DNA of 57,285 bases, counting the filler, from Dirinaria sp. TL-2023a (taxonomy: Eukaryota): assembly GCA_051941275.1 (NCBI GenBank). It is 2 parts of 2 records of this genome, joined end to end, with 100 filler letters (N's around TTAATTAATTAA, not from the genome) between each part and the next. Parts side by side here need not be neighbours in the genome. Positions count along the whole stretch, not along the records: positions 1 to 28,683 come from JAVEBF010000123.1; 1 more part is not named here. One strand, given 5' to 3'. The notes under the pieces were generated by a model. It did no database searches. It had not been told where the DNA came from and worked only from the letters and a program-made list of their open reading frames with translations. The position numbers and the translations under genes are program-made. The stretch's first letter is position 1. Each line of letters begins with the position of its first letter. Shown piece after piece: positions 1-12,349 of the stretch.

Positions 1-239
1 TTGACAGCCAGTTTGGTAAGCGACTGGGTAGGGCACTTGGGACCACCCAAATGTTCGAATCGCAATAACTTGTGCAATCCTCGCTCGTTTTGGACCAACG
101 AGGTCTCGTTCGAATGCGTCCGTCGAGCTCTACAACTTTCACATAGAAAACTTCGCGGCGTAAAGGCTGCTTGCTAGCAGAGTTCCAATTGGATTTAGAC
201 CCTAAAACGAATTGGATTTCGACCAGAAAGCGGCTATGA

Positions 240-1400
240 CTCAGCTGTCCGGACCAATCGGAATTGGTCCCGAATTGGACTTGGGCCCAAAACCACTTGG
301 AACTATGGTTAGGCCTGACACCAGTCATCATTTACATCTCGCTCGTGGCGAATGTTCTGAAGGTGTTGTGTTTCTGTGGTACCTTCGTGTGCGTTTCAAG
401 GGCGTCAAAACCGCTCATCACCACTGACGATGTCATTGAATCCTTCATTTGCAAACCAGATCCTCATCTAAGCTCAAGATGTCTTGCAAGTATCTCCGAA
501 GTCAGGGGAAGCCGAAATTTCTGGACTGCTCGGCGATTGCCACTCAAATGACTTCCAATGCGTCGGCGCTGGATCCACGACCCTTCTGTTAAAACATGGC
601 TCTCTCTTGTCCTGCCGACAATCGTTGAAATTGCCACCGTCTTCGGTTTTTACGTAAGAAACCAGTTGTACAGCTATCTATCCCTTGGTCTCGCCTCCGC
701 CAACCTAGAAGAGTTCGTCTGGTGGGGCGAACCGTGGAATCTCAACCACGGTCTTCTCGGTAGCATTTTGCTTGCCAATTCTCCTCAAGCCATCCTCTCG
801 TACATCTACACCGCCTACAACGCCGTCGTCACCGCCATGCTTTCCCATTCGGAACTTCTACGCTATGGTAGTCAGTGTCGTGGGCTTCGGGTCACTCAAC
901 CTGTAGACGCTCAAAGATCGACTTACCGGCTACAATTGCCATATCGTTATTCTTTGACGCTCATCGCATTGTCGATTTTGGTGCACTGACTTGTGTTCGA
1001 ATCCTTTTTCCTCGTTCGCGTTAATGTTTTTATGCCCGATGGGACAGCGGATCCTTCTCAGCTGATCTCAACTGTCGGTTATTCATCGCTCGCAATCGTG
1101 GTATCGTTGGTGATCATGGGGCTCATGCTTCTGGGTATTCTGGCTCTAGGCCTAATAATGGTCTACCCCGCGACTATGCCTTTAGCTGACAATTGTTCCG
1201 CATCGCTAGCGGCTATTACGCAGCCATCATATGGTAGTGAGTTCGAGACTGGCCTAGCGCTGAAGAAACTCATTTGGGGAGTTGTGCCTACTTACTCAAA
1301 TATGGAAACCTCTATCACCGGAGATGGATCTAATATAAAACACGCAAGCTTTTCTGCAGGTCATGTAACATCCTTGATAGAAAAGGACACTTACGCTTAA
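240..1400 (+). pseudogene. Disrupted fungal multi-pass membrane protein gene (C-terminal part, DUF6536-associated family)
   Basis: ORFs 264-551, 558-989 and 993-1400 share one frame, separated by TGA at 549-551 and 987-989 (another at 237-239). Family-like motifs LLANSPQAILSYIYTAYN, LRVTQP..QRSTYRLQLPYRY, LVH*LVFES, MPLADNCSA and LIWG. The stop in H*LV sits where I recall Trp in relatives. Confidence 0.7.
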
Positions 1401-2086
1401 GTAAGTCACGTTGAAAACTTAGCTAGAGGCTCGATCAGTGGATCTGTTTATTGTTTGCTCTTGCTAAAATTACAATAGATATAACGACTGGCGGTCAATG
1501 GTAAAGTGTGCTAGTCGAACGGCAACTTGTTTGCGATTGCTCTCGGAGCTAGGGCGTCTGATGTGAGCTAAAGGAGACAATTCGACTTTTGAAGGAACCC
1601 AACGCTTAGACATCGGTGGATCAAACCGTCTTTTAAAAAGTAGCTAAATCTATTGCAGACTTTCAATTCTGCTTTTTCAAGCCCTTTCTCCCGACGCTTT
1701 TTTGAACAATAGTTCTCAACTTGAATTGTAATCATTGTCTGTCAGAATCGAACATTATTTTCTTATTTCATTATTGATCTCGTGTTACGAGCAAAATGAT
1801 CGGGGCTATAGGGGATTGCAAGCAACAGGGTCACTTAAGCCTTGACCAAAAAAACGAAAACTAATCATGTGTGCACCAAGAGGGAGTTTCTAACTGTATC
1901 TTGATCGTAACATTAGCTAGTCAAGCACGTAGACTGTCAGACATGATGACTGTGCGAAATCTACACTCGGAATAGAAAAACTCGACTCTGAAGTACTCAC
2001 TCAATGGACAGCAAGTGCATCGATGCTTCATGGAACGCAAATCTATAAAATCATGAGCAGTAGATACTGTTGGAAGTTATCGTTAC

Positions 2087-2294
2087 TGTTCTCCAGGGGC
2101 TTGGCTCGACACCCATTCTGGCGGTCCTAACCGATCTACCTTATCTAGCACCTTCCTCATGGGACCTCTAAACCCTATCACGTGACCATCTGACCACTAT
2201 CTAGACCCCTGCCCCGTATCTACTTGCGCACAGGATAAACAGCCGCTCGAGTGTGCGCTCAGTGATCTACGTGAGAGCTAGTGTGCTCTCGACA
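2087..2294. mobile_element. Candidate solo LTR / small insertion
   Basis: 208-bp segment starting TGT and ending ACA, flanked by TTAC on both sides (2083-2086, 2295-2298). No second copy in the window. Confidence 0.3.
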
Positions 2295-2707
2295 TTACAT
2301 CAGGTTTATTGTTGACAGCACCGCATATTCTCGATAGCAAGCATTAATAGATGAAAGCGGTTCGTATTCTCATCGCACATCTCAATTGAGATATCTAAGT
2401 CTATCATCATCCTTCCGTGGAATCTAATTCCGACTAATTATCGCATCAGGTGTCTGCTGCAAGAAGAAAAATCATAAGCTATCTCCGAGAAATCTCCAAC
2501 AAATCCCACAGTCAGTCCAGGGTCAAACGAAGCTGCAACGTGAAATCATGGTGTGGGCACTATGTGCTTGCAAAGGACATCTGCAATGGCATCCTCAACC
2601 AATCTCGGCCCTAAAGCCGGAAAAATTCGAGCAAATCCCAGCGCACATCTCGAGAGTCACGAAACTGGTGGCCTTGGGGTCCTTGACGTGGCTGGGGGAA
2701 TTTGAGT

Positions 2708-3397
2708 TTAATAAGTGCCGTTGTTGTACATATACAGATCCAATCTGCTGTTGCCTCCGCAGGCCTCCGCCTTATTCCCACCGCATGGCGAATCACACTG
2801 TGCGGCCGGGGCGGGCACGCTGCTCGACGAAAGCACATTACCGCAATAGCACTCGCGAAAATATTCGACACCGAAGTAGGCGTAGGCTTCGCAGGTGGCA
2901 CTGCACACTTCAACCGTCATGGCATCGTTCACGCTTGAAGTGGCAGCAAGCGCACGGTTGTTTGGATCATCGGTATAGCATCCCTTGGCAGTATAGGTTA
3001 GGTCGCCAGGTGCGTCAGTTTTCCGATAGACGTCGAGACGATTACCAGCGCCACAGGTTTCTGTCGCATTGCCCGGGCAGGGGAAGCTGCAATCACTCTC
3101 TGGAGCCATGACACTTCCTGAATTGAGAGAATCTCCACAGTAACATTCACGTCCATACTCGACGCCAAATCGACTGTAGGCTACGCAGGCGGCTGCGCAT
3201 TTCTCGACTGTCATAGCGTCGTCGAAGTAAGATTTGCCAGTCAAAGCGCGCTGGTTTGTTGCCTCCGTGTAGCATCCTGAGTAGATATAGCCAGCTAAGG
3301 CAGTGCCGGCTCGAGGTTCCAAGAGTTGCAACGGCGTTGCACTAACAGCATGTGTGGAAAGGAGAAACACAAGGACGTCCAGGATCGTGCACCTCAT
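2708..3397 (-). CDS. Secreted protein with two WSC domains (~229 aa)
   Basis: First ATG at 3397. Signal peptide MRCTILDVLVFLLSTHAVSA; two GCY.....MTVE.C...C..Y..FGVEY.RECYCG...C..PC.GN..E.CG...RL..Y modules; no TM or catalytic domain. Confidence 0.9.
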   Translation of the reverse strand: MRCTILDVLVFLLSTHAVSATPLQLLEPRAGTALAGYIYSGCYTEATNQRALTGKSYFDDAMTVEKCAAACVAYSRFGVEYGRECYCGDSLNSGSVMAPESDCSFPCPGNATETCGAGNRLDVYRKTDAPGDLTYTAKGCYTDDPNNRALAATSSVNDAMTVEVCSATCEAYAYFGVEYFRECYCGNVLSSSSVPAPAAQCDSPCGGNKAEACGGNSRLDLYMYNNGTY

Positions 3398-6300
3398 CCT
3401 GATGAACAAGTGTGCAGGGAGTGGTGATAATCAGCGATCGAATGGGAAGACTTTCAAAGTGTGTAATCTGAGAAGGTTTTGGATATTATGAACTTTAGAG
3501 AGGAAAACGAAGTGGACTCTGGTCATTTAAATTCTCGACGTGCTTCCGCACGTCCTCGAAGAACGAAGCGTGCTTGAGAGAAGACTGAAGAGATTTCGAA
3601 CCTGGCAGAAGATAACTGGAGTCCGTGCGCTGCGACTTCGCTTTTTCCTCTGTCCCTACCAACAGTACCCCTGTCATGTATGCCCGGGTCACAGGATTCT
3701 TTCGAACTTAATAGCGGTGGCTGTCAGATCATGCGATCTCCTCCATGATCATCGCCGTTTTCCCAGCCGGCATAATAGTGTTTCAGTTCTTGCACGGATC
3801 TTGTACAGAATATCCTTGAAAACATTCGAGAGTGGTATAATTCCAAGAAAATATTATTCGACCGTAAGTACTTACCTCGTGAATAAGCGCTTGGTTGAAA
3901 TGCAAAGCTTAAAATAACATTCCGCGCCGTTATTAAGGAGGCAGTCTCTGTTCCTTCTTACCGATAAATGTTCCGGCAGCAGCAGGGTTTCGTTGTCGGA
4001 AATCCAGCATGAGGCAGTCAAGTCACGTTACCATAGCTGGCAGTTTGAGATGGCTGGAGATTTCCATACATCACGCTTCTGAGCTGCTCAGGCAGTTTGA
4101 CAGAGAAAGTTCACTGTGAATCATTTCAGACTTTCCAGAAACGCTCCAGTATTCATGACCAATAATGGGTCCTCACCGGGGATAAGATGATATGAACAGG
4201 TTGAACCCTTCGATACTAGACAACTGACGGTCACTAGTTAACGACCCGTCAACATAAGACCTAAAAAGATTATGTATCCACTAAGAAAGCAAAAATGTCT
4301 GGATGGGATGATTGGAAAACCCTTATCAGTTATTTAGCCTGGGACCTTTTCCCTGTCTTCCTTCTCGCTTTTCGTCTTCGCAATTTATGTAGAGTCGTAC
4401 ATTGAAAAATCTATTTTCAGTCTTCGTTGGCTATAGCTCCTTGGTATTTGCCTACCATCTTGGTCAACGAGTGGCTTGTCGCATAGATAGAGAGAGATAT
4501 CGACTCGTTATAATGCCAACTCCTGGCCCCGTTGCTGTGGAGATGAAACAGCTATGGCAGGATGCGATTGCCGGCTCGTGGGTAAAACATTTTATGATTG
4601 GTGATATGGCATAGAAGTCAGGCGAGCAGGCATTAGCGTGATTTAGTGTTAATTTCTTGCAGTGAGGACTGAGTTGTTGGGAATACATTCAGATTACTTT
4701 GCAGATCGCCGGGTTCTCATTCTCGCGGTGCGATGTCCGAAACCTTCAATTCTCCTCAAGAACCCCCATTGAAAATGCTGGTTATCGAATAAGTTTTGGA
4801 AGCCCACTATCGAGTCGCAGTCCTCTTCCCGTAGCTATTGACAGCTGGGAATTTCTCGCAGCGTGACAGCTTTGGGTGGTTGGACAGTAGTAGTCGTTTC
4901 ACCCGGCTAAAGCCCTGGGAAGCTGCCTTGGAATCAAATCCATTCTGGAAGTGCAGAGACTGCTATTGTGGTCTCTTCTAATTTAGCCGGGAAGCTGCAT
5001 GTGCCTGATCGCTCATCCGCCGATAAATCCTGTCCTAACATGGTAGATCGAACCAGTGCTGCACTCTGCATATCTGTTGTTTCGATTTTCACTTCCGATG
5101 CTAGAACTGCATAATTTCGAACTGGGTTTGTCGCCTCGAGCGCGTGTAACAAGTGGCGGTAAAGCTATTCGAATAGTAAGCGACACATACAGAAGAATGA
5201 AGAAGAGAAAAAACAGCATTATAGGTCATTGGAAGACATTGAAGATATCTTCTACACTTTGCTGAACGGAAATTTGGCATGCAGAGCACCAAACAAAGAC
5301 GTTAACATGCTTGACGGGAGCGTTGTTGATCTACAGCCGCCGGATCTTGATATGGGAATTAAATTTGCAGAGTTGGTGTATCGCCAAGCGCAAGAATGAT
5401 CTCCAGGAAAATCCTTGCTCGGAAATCCCACTTTTCCATCACCTCGACGTGTAGTTGTCGGCAATCGTATAACCTGCTAGAATCATCTAGATGCTGCAGT
5501 TCGGTTCTACCTCGGCAATACGAGTATTGGGTCGCATATCGACTAGCATATGTACAAAAGTCGCGGGCAAAAACATTGAAAGAGCGTTGCAATCCAGAGC
5601 CACCGAGAACGTCGTTTCTTTCCAGCGCTCCGTCGGCCGCATCAACAGCATAGCCAAGCTTGAGAGAGCAGACTACCATGGACGTGAAGCGAGTCGAGGC
5701 TCTCGCCGACTCTCAGATGCCTTCCAGTGACGGTCGAGGCGGCTTTATTCGAGCATGACGGCCCGGAACCTTATAAGTAGATTGGTCCCAGTGAGGAGTC
5801 GGTCACACTCAATCCGATCGTCAAGGCCTCAAAAAATACAACCCCAGACAGCGGATTTTCACGGACATTACCACGGTATCCAGTCTAGAACTGCTGGTGG
5901 TGGCCTGCATTGCCGTCGCCAAGGCATGGGCAGATCTTGATATGGGGCAGAGATTACTCCAGACCATTTCCCTCGTTCATCGGCTGGCAATGCTGATACT
6001 AGAGACTATCTGCATTCTGATCGTTAGATGCGAAAATCTTTCTCATTTAGAATTCTGCAAGTCACGTCGAATTCTAGACAGCCATTGATATACAGTTCTA
6101 CACATCTATTCAGAGCGCCGTTGTGTAATTTGACCCGATTATTGGAATTGGTGACTTAATTGAACTCGCATGTCGTTTTATACGGTGCGGAGGGCTATGC
6201 CCCGATTGGGTCTAGCGCCCGCTCTGGCGGGTATGCCCTATGCCGCTCACTTTCCAACAGCAATTTTAGATCTTCTTTCTCACTGTCAGGGTAATACGAA

Positions 6301-7439
6301 GTCCGAAGTGACTGTAGAACGCGAATGAATACGCGAATCCTTTCCTAGATTCAAGGCTTGATATCTTACGTAAATCGCACCGAACACTTCCTCGCTAATG
6401 ATTGTCCGAAATATCTCATGACTGGTCAAGAACTACAAGTCTACAACCACGCCCCCTACGCATGTGAGAGGATGGTTGAGCGAGTCGAGCCGAGAAGTAT
6501 ACGGCTGTTCTTGTGGCGATGATCTTAATCTCTGAATTGAGGTCAGAATTGACGAACAAGCCCTAAAAATGTTTTCAAAAAGAAAATTCCTCGACATCCG
6601 GCACGAGCTATTTTGTCAAACTAAGAAACAGCTCACCATCAACCTGACTTAACAGTAATCTTTAAAAACAGAACGAACATCCAGATTGCTTCTTGGGAAT
6701 AACTTTCCGTCGCTTCAAATAACACTTGAGTCTATTCATAGAACCTATATGTCACCACCTTACAACTCTAGAAGACAAGATGTCATTCACGGGGAAACGA
6801 CACCGATTTCCCATCGGTGCGCTCGGTAGCTCTTGGCATAGAAAAGTGTCAGATTTAGAAGGTGTTTGTGAGGTCAATTGTACCTATGTTTGGCAGTTTG
6901 TATGTGTGTGATTAATTGCCTAACATCTCTAAGAAAAGCGAGGAATTGTGGGTTACTATATACCCGATATTACTATTACCCGGAGCCCTGCGGTTTACCT
7001 ATCCGCGGACTGCCATTCTGCGGACTGCCATGTATACTATCCGGGCCACTGCCTATATCTATTATCCATTACTCTGACCACTAGCGTTTCCGAGGACTGC
7101 CATCTTGCGGAGGCTAACCGTTTTCGGCGAACCGGTCCACCCGGTCCCGGTTTTACACCGAACCTCTCAAGGCATTCGATACACAAGAGAACATCCGCCA
7201 AGCTCTGGGCTTCCCAGGCCGAGTAAATCCTGGTAGACTGTTGTTAGGAGACTTTTAGATGTAAAAAGTACTGCCGAAAGCTTACTCATTGTAGTAGGAA
7301 GACCGAGCCAAACCGACTTCTTATCCTCTGATATTTAGATTCGGCAGTCCGGTGCCAGAACCCTCATTCGATGTGGATTGTATTCGCTGGCGGTGCTTCT
7401 TCGATAGTCAACGATATAGACCTTCGATACCAGTGCTTG

Positions 7440-7975
7440 GACTTTGTCTCAGAAAACACCCTGTCGCGTGTCAGCACTCTGAAATTCGTTGAAGTCAAGC
7501 TCTGAACGAGCATTTCAAGATATGTTTGGTCCAACGTACATGAAGCTTTGTGATAATGATAGTCATGACATTGAGTAACTCAGCGTCCTGCGCATCCGAA
7601 GCGTTGCGATTGTAGTCAATCAAGACTGCATCTAGTAATGCGGCCGAAATGTTCACATTCACCATCTCGAGGTCATCGGCTTTTTGGACATATGTGTCGG
7701 TGAGCTTCAGAATTTCCTTCTTGATTGTCCTAAGACCGCGGACTTTGGGCATCTTTGTAGCGATTTGGCCTTCGATTTGATCAGCACGGGTGGAAAGAGA
7801 TAATTAGCGACAAGGCTTACCTTCTCGAGCTACGCTGTCCGATATCATCTGGCTTGTAGCTCGATACATCGAAAGCATATCGTGGTATATGCGATCAATC
7901 TGCGGATAGAAATAGCTCCCTATAGACGAACACGCAGCAACATTAGTCTTCATAATATTGTCGACCACCTTAAAA
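7440..7975 (-). pseudogene. CRM1: Exportin-1 (CRM1/XPO1) gene fragment, C-terminal HEAT region, copy 1
   Basis: Reads KVVDNIMKTNVAACSSIGSYFYPQIDRIYHDMLSMYRATSQMISDSVARE|GQIATKMPKVRGLRTIKKEILKL..LLDAVLIDYNRN..DAELLNVMT across a GT-AG intron at 7770-7820; matches fungal Crm1 as recalled; the rest of the gene is absent. Confidence 0.88.
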
Positions 7976-8737
7976 TTCTCTCAATCTCAGGGAGGACATG
8001 TATGTTGCTAGTTAAGAGGCTTGTAGAGGTCTCTGTGTAGAATGGTTCGGAGCCGTACCTTTGCAGAGCTATCACGAGGTAATAATCAGCGTCCTGCATG
8101 CAGACATTATCAACAAAGCGTTTCCCGGTAGAAACAGCCTCGCTGGATTAACCAGATCGGCCCTCTCACACGAATGTGAGTTTCCCTCACGAAAAATCTA
8201 GTGTTGTCAACCGAGTACAAAATGAGTCTTCCAAGCACATACCTTCTGTAAGCAGTTACCCGAGCTCAGCTAGCTCAGGTGGTACTTCAGAAAATAAAAT
8301 CGTTTGGGGTGAAAGGGGAATAAGTTTAGAGCCGGACCACCCACTGGGTGACCGGTTGAATTGCGTCAGCTGGACGAAGCGGCCAGTGATGCCCACTCAC
8401 AAATGTGAGAGGAGGATACTTGGCTCTACCGACAAGCAGTAGGTTCGTAGTCGGCACCACGTACAGGTGATCCCCATTGCCGGCCAAAAATAAAGCAGCG
8501 CATGGACGGTGCGCCACAGTAGGATGGAAAGGCAGCCACCAGTATTTCTTTCTTTCACCAGGATTTTCGATATCCTGCTTGAGGTCAGCATACTTCCTTC
8601 TTCTGGGGACTTTTCACTCAGCGATTAATTTCCACGTCAATCACACAGAGATGATCGTAAGGTCCAGAAGGTCACAGAAAAGAGCACTTCTGGTCTCTTG
8701 AGGGACAAAGTTGTAGACACAATCGCGGCTTTCGTGT

Positions 8738-8812
8738 CGGATAGAAATAGCTGCCTATAGACGAGCATGCAGCAACACTAGTTTTCATAATATTGCCGAC
8801 GACCTTGGTAGC
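8738..8812 (-). pseudogene. CRM1: CRM1 fragment, copy 2
   Basis: TKVVGNIMKTSVAACSSIGSYFYP; aligns at nucleotide level with 7903-7972. Confidence 0.8.
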
Positions 8813-9759
8813 CTCCCGATCTGAGGCAGATGTATTTTATCGATCTGTAAGCATCTCAGCGTCAGGTCACTATTTGTAGTAAAAGGAAAAACCAGATGTC
8901 TTTAGGATCTAAAGACCATTTGATCTGCTAGTCAGTTTCCATGCGGATGTGGATGGGAGCCAAACTTAAGATGCTGTCGAGATCAGCCTTCACAGCAGAA
9001 AGTTGCTTTACTGGATAAATCAGCCCGGAATCCGATCACACGAATGTAGCGTTGGGATATGATGTTTTACTCATCGTCCGACCGTCCGAAAAAGTCGCGA
9101 CGATGAATTTGAGAATACTTGGCTCTACTCCCAAGCAGTAGGTTCATGGCCGGCACCACGTACAGGGGGTCCTCATTGCCGGCCATCAAAGAATCTAGTA
9201 TAGTCAGGGTTCTGGAGTAGCTCATACCTCTAAGCAACTCAGCTCAGTGGTGGTTTAAGAAATAAAGAAGATAAGATAATAGAGTTCCAACTCGAGAAGG
9301 ACAAGGATAAGGAGGGGAAGGAGCGAAAGAAGGTGAAAGTGAGCAGGAGCGGGACCAAATACCTGTAGGCGTCTGGCGCTAACAGGGCTCGCTTAACCAG
9401 CGTGCCCTATCATCCAATAGGAGACTGGGGCACTCACATGTAATAATGCCGAGATTTGTCATGTGGGGACCTTCACACTGATGGGATCAACCAAACCTCA
9501 CAAGTGAATCTCACGGCGGTGGCACAGACTCACTTTCCAAGGAATCGAGTGGAGTTGTATCCCTAGAGACTCCGTTTATTCCCATATCTGTAGCGTGATC
9601 CTGATGCACGAGAAGGTGTTGTGTGTGGAGGATAAGTAAGTATTGAGGAATCTCGTGCCTTTAGATGGCGATTTGGTGGCGGTTTAACCTTCGGTTTGGT
9701 CAGCACCGGTAGAAGTGGATAAAAAGGCTCATCTTCTCGAGCCAACCTGTCTGATAGCA

Positions 9760-9860
9760 TATGTATGCAACCGATTTGTGGGTTGAAATAGCTTCCCATA
9801 AACGAGCATGCAGCAACATTAGCCATCATAATATTGCCGATGATCTTGACAGTCTCGATC
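9760..9860 (-). pseudogene. CRM1: CRM1 fragment, copy 3
   Basis: ETVKIIGNIMMANVAACSFMGSYFNPQIGCIH within ORF 9563-9925. Confidence 0.8.
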
Positions 9861-10703
9861 TGAGGCAGGACATGTATGTTGCTAGTCGCGTGGCACTCAT
9901 CCACACGAATGCGGAAGAGTGCCAATCTCAGAGCCGGTCAACCTTAGTCTTCACAGCAGAAGTTTGCCCTCACTGGATAAACCAGATCGGCACCCCATCT
10001 TCACGAATGTAGAATAGGGAAATATGATAGAATTTGATAAGCCGGCTGGCAAGGCCACGCCGGTAGACACCCGCCGACATAACATCGACAGGGGGTCCAG
10101 CCCATAAAAGGAGAAGGACGAAGAAGAAAAAGAAGGGAGAAAGGTGAGGCGGAGCAGAATTAAATACGTGGTGGCGCCTCGCGCTAAGCGAGCGCGCTTA
10201 GCTAGCTTGCCCTAAGGCATCATCCTCCAATTGAACATCGGGGCAATTGCATGTGCCATCGCCGATGGGAAAAGATTTGTTATATGTGGATCTTCACTGA
10301 TGGCATCAATGGACAGCTACCCACATCCCCCATCACGAGCCAGAAGTGAAACCCCTATCGAGCCAATTTTTGAGTAATCTCAGTGGCAGGTGTCCCTGAA
10401 CGTGGCAAATAGTGCAATAAACCGATTGGGATCCTGCTGGCGTAGAGTAGAGAACAAGTAACAGCTCAAAGCAGCCAATGCTGGACGTAGTTCACATATC
10501 GAAGACTTATCAGGCAATGCAGACATTTCTCAGGGCATGACCAGTGAACGAGATATAAAATTCTCACTTGATTTACACTAAATTGCTGTCCCTCTCTCCT
10601 CCCTTTCTCTAGATTGTCCAAGGGCTAAATCTACACAGAACTGCTTGTGGATAAAGGCAGTTAAATGTGCTACGCAAAGCAAATGATATGTAGCTGGTCA
10701 TGA

Positions 10704-12349
10704 TCACAGGCTAGCTTTTCCCCTCGATTCGAAAGGCAATAAGGTAACTAGAGCTCCAGCAGCGATAAAGAGGGCGCCGCTGACGTAGACGGGCGCTGCA
10801 GTGTTCAAGTTCGCTGCAATTGCGATGATAGGAGCCATGATGCCGAATACGCGGTTGGCCGTGGCAGTAAGGGCATTCCCAGTACCTCTGTCTTTTGTTG
10901 GGAAGATCTCCGGCGTGTAGGCATATAGCACGGCATACATGATGTTGGCCATGAAGTTGTAGGCACAGTTCCAGCCCAGCAGACCATTGGAAGTTGTTGC
11001 TGTAGTGGATGCGAACAGGAAAACGCCGGTCAATGCGGTGGACATGGACAAGGCGCCTTTGCGACCGAATCGTGGTAGCTCAACCAGTGCACCTCCAACC
11101 AGCGCGCCTGGGACACCGAGGACGGCGATGATAATCTGATTACGATACGTTATGTAGGTAGATCCATCTCCATAGGTTACGCCACGTTGTGCCTGTATAT
11201 ACGGCAGGAATGCGTTGTAAAGGGGAAATCCGAGACCGATCAAGCCCCAGATCGTTATGATAAATGTTGTAGATATAGCAAGCCTTCGATTAGCGAACAG
11301 CGCTCTCACATGGGTCAGGTTGAGCTTTTCCAACTTCCGCGACAGTGCTGCAGATGCAGTGATATCTTGCCGACCCAGACCTTCGTGCACCTTCAAATCA
11401 TCAATGGTGAGTGAGCTTGTCTTGCCATTTCGTCTGGCAACTTCGTGTACGACGCGTACAGCGTCCTCATCTTTCCCTCTTCCCATGAGGAACTTGGGAG
11501 ACTCGTACACCGTGAAGCAGACGAACCGGATAAAGAACATTATCATGGCCAAGCCTCCCATAGCGATCATGAAATACCTCCATCCGAAGTTCTGGGACTT
11601 GGTACATGAAGTTGCGTCCGCCTGGCAGGTGTGATAGCCGAGCAAAGGCCACGCGATAAGGGTCGCAATCAATTGGGCAAAGGCCCAGAACACGGATAGA
11701 ATTGTCAGAAGATATTGATGAGTGCCAGGTAAAAACTCGAGAAAGATGGCCGAGTCGACCGGCAGGTTACCTCCAACACCCACCGACCACAGAGCGGCAA
11801 AGCAACCAATGGCAGCAAAATTGGGCGACCCTGCTGCTATCAAGCCAAACACAGCCGTTATGCCGATTGTCAAATTGAAGGCCCATCTTCTTCCAAAAAT
11901 GTCGCAGCCGAAGCCCCAGAACATGGCACCAAAGAGCAGTCCAATATTCTGGGAGAGGGAAAGAAGAGGCGGGTTTGACTGGTGGAATTCGAGCGAGACC
12001 GGATCCAGGATCAGCGAGGTGACAATGGGCCACATATTGTCGCTGGCCCAGCCGAACCCAATGACGATGAACAGCTGCCATTGATACCATCCCATTCCTA
12101 CAGTGATTAGCTTCTACCTTGAAAAGGGTTTGCAGGGGCACGCCTACCGATATCTTGGATAGCGCCATTCAGCGTCTGCGCCTTCGCTTCGTAGACAGGG
12201 TCGATAGCACCCTTGATGACTGGAGGAGCTGCCACATCTTCGCCCAGACTTGGACCGGTGGTTACGACTTCCTGGCCTTTATGGTCCTCCATCTCCGACT
12301 TTTGTTCGAGGGGAAGCAGAGGTTCACGCTCGCCAACGTGCTGCGACAT
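10704..12349 (-). CDS. MFS transporter (SV2/sugar-transporter-like)
   Basis: Exons 12349-12148 and 12097-10704, intron 12098-12147 (GTAGGC..CTAAT..TAG). Motifs D.FGRR, GVGGNLPVD, ESPKFL, YTPEIFPT..RGTG; about 12 TM segments. Confidence 0.93.

Larger units (their letters stand above)
7900..10310. repeat. Degenerate tandem triplication of a ~0.8-1 kb unit
   Basis: Shared blocks: CRM1 piece (~7905, ~8740, ~9780); CTGGAT.AA.CAG...CACGAATGT (~8143, ~9011, ~9973); TACTTGGCTCTAC...GGCACCACGTACAGG...CATTGCCGGCCA (~8417, ~9116); purine-rich/GCGCTAA...CACTGATGG.ATCAA block (~9320-9490, ~10130-10310). Confidence 0.8.

Noticed and set aside
237..989. Alternative genetic code (TGA=Trp) or mitochondrial insertion
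   Set aside because: Nuclear-type gene family; neighbouring intact genes use TGA as a stop and TGG for Trp; accompanying Gly>Asp changes point to mutation.
4934..6088. Cluster of short ORFs as a gene
   Set aside because: No consistent strand, splice model or recognisable motif; may be a decayed gene but cannot be supported.
2068..6258. TGTTGGAA...TTCCAACA as termini of a 4.2-kb element
   Set aside because: Only an 8-bp inverted match, no TSD and no transposase; probably chance.
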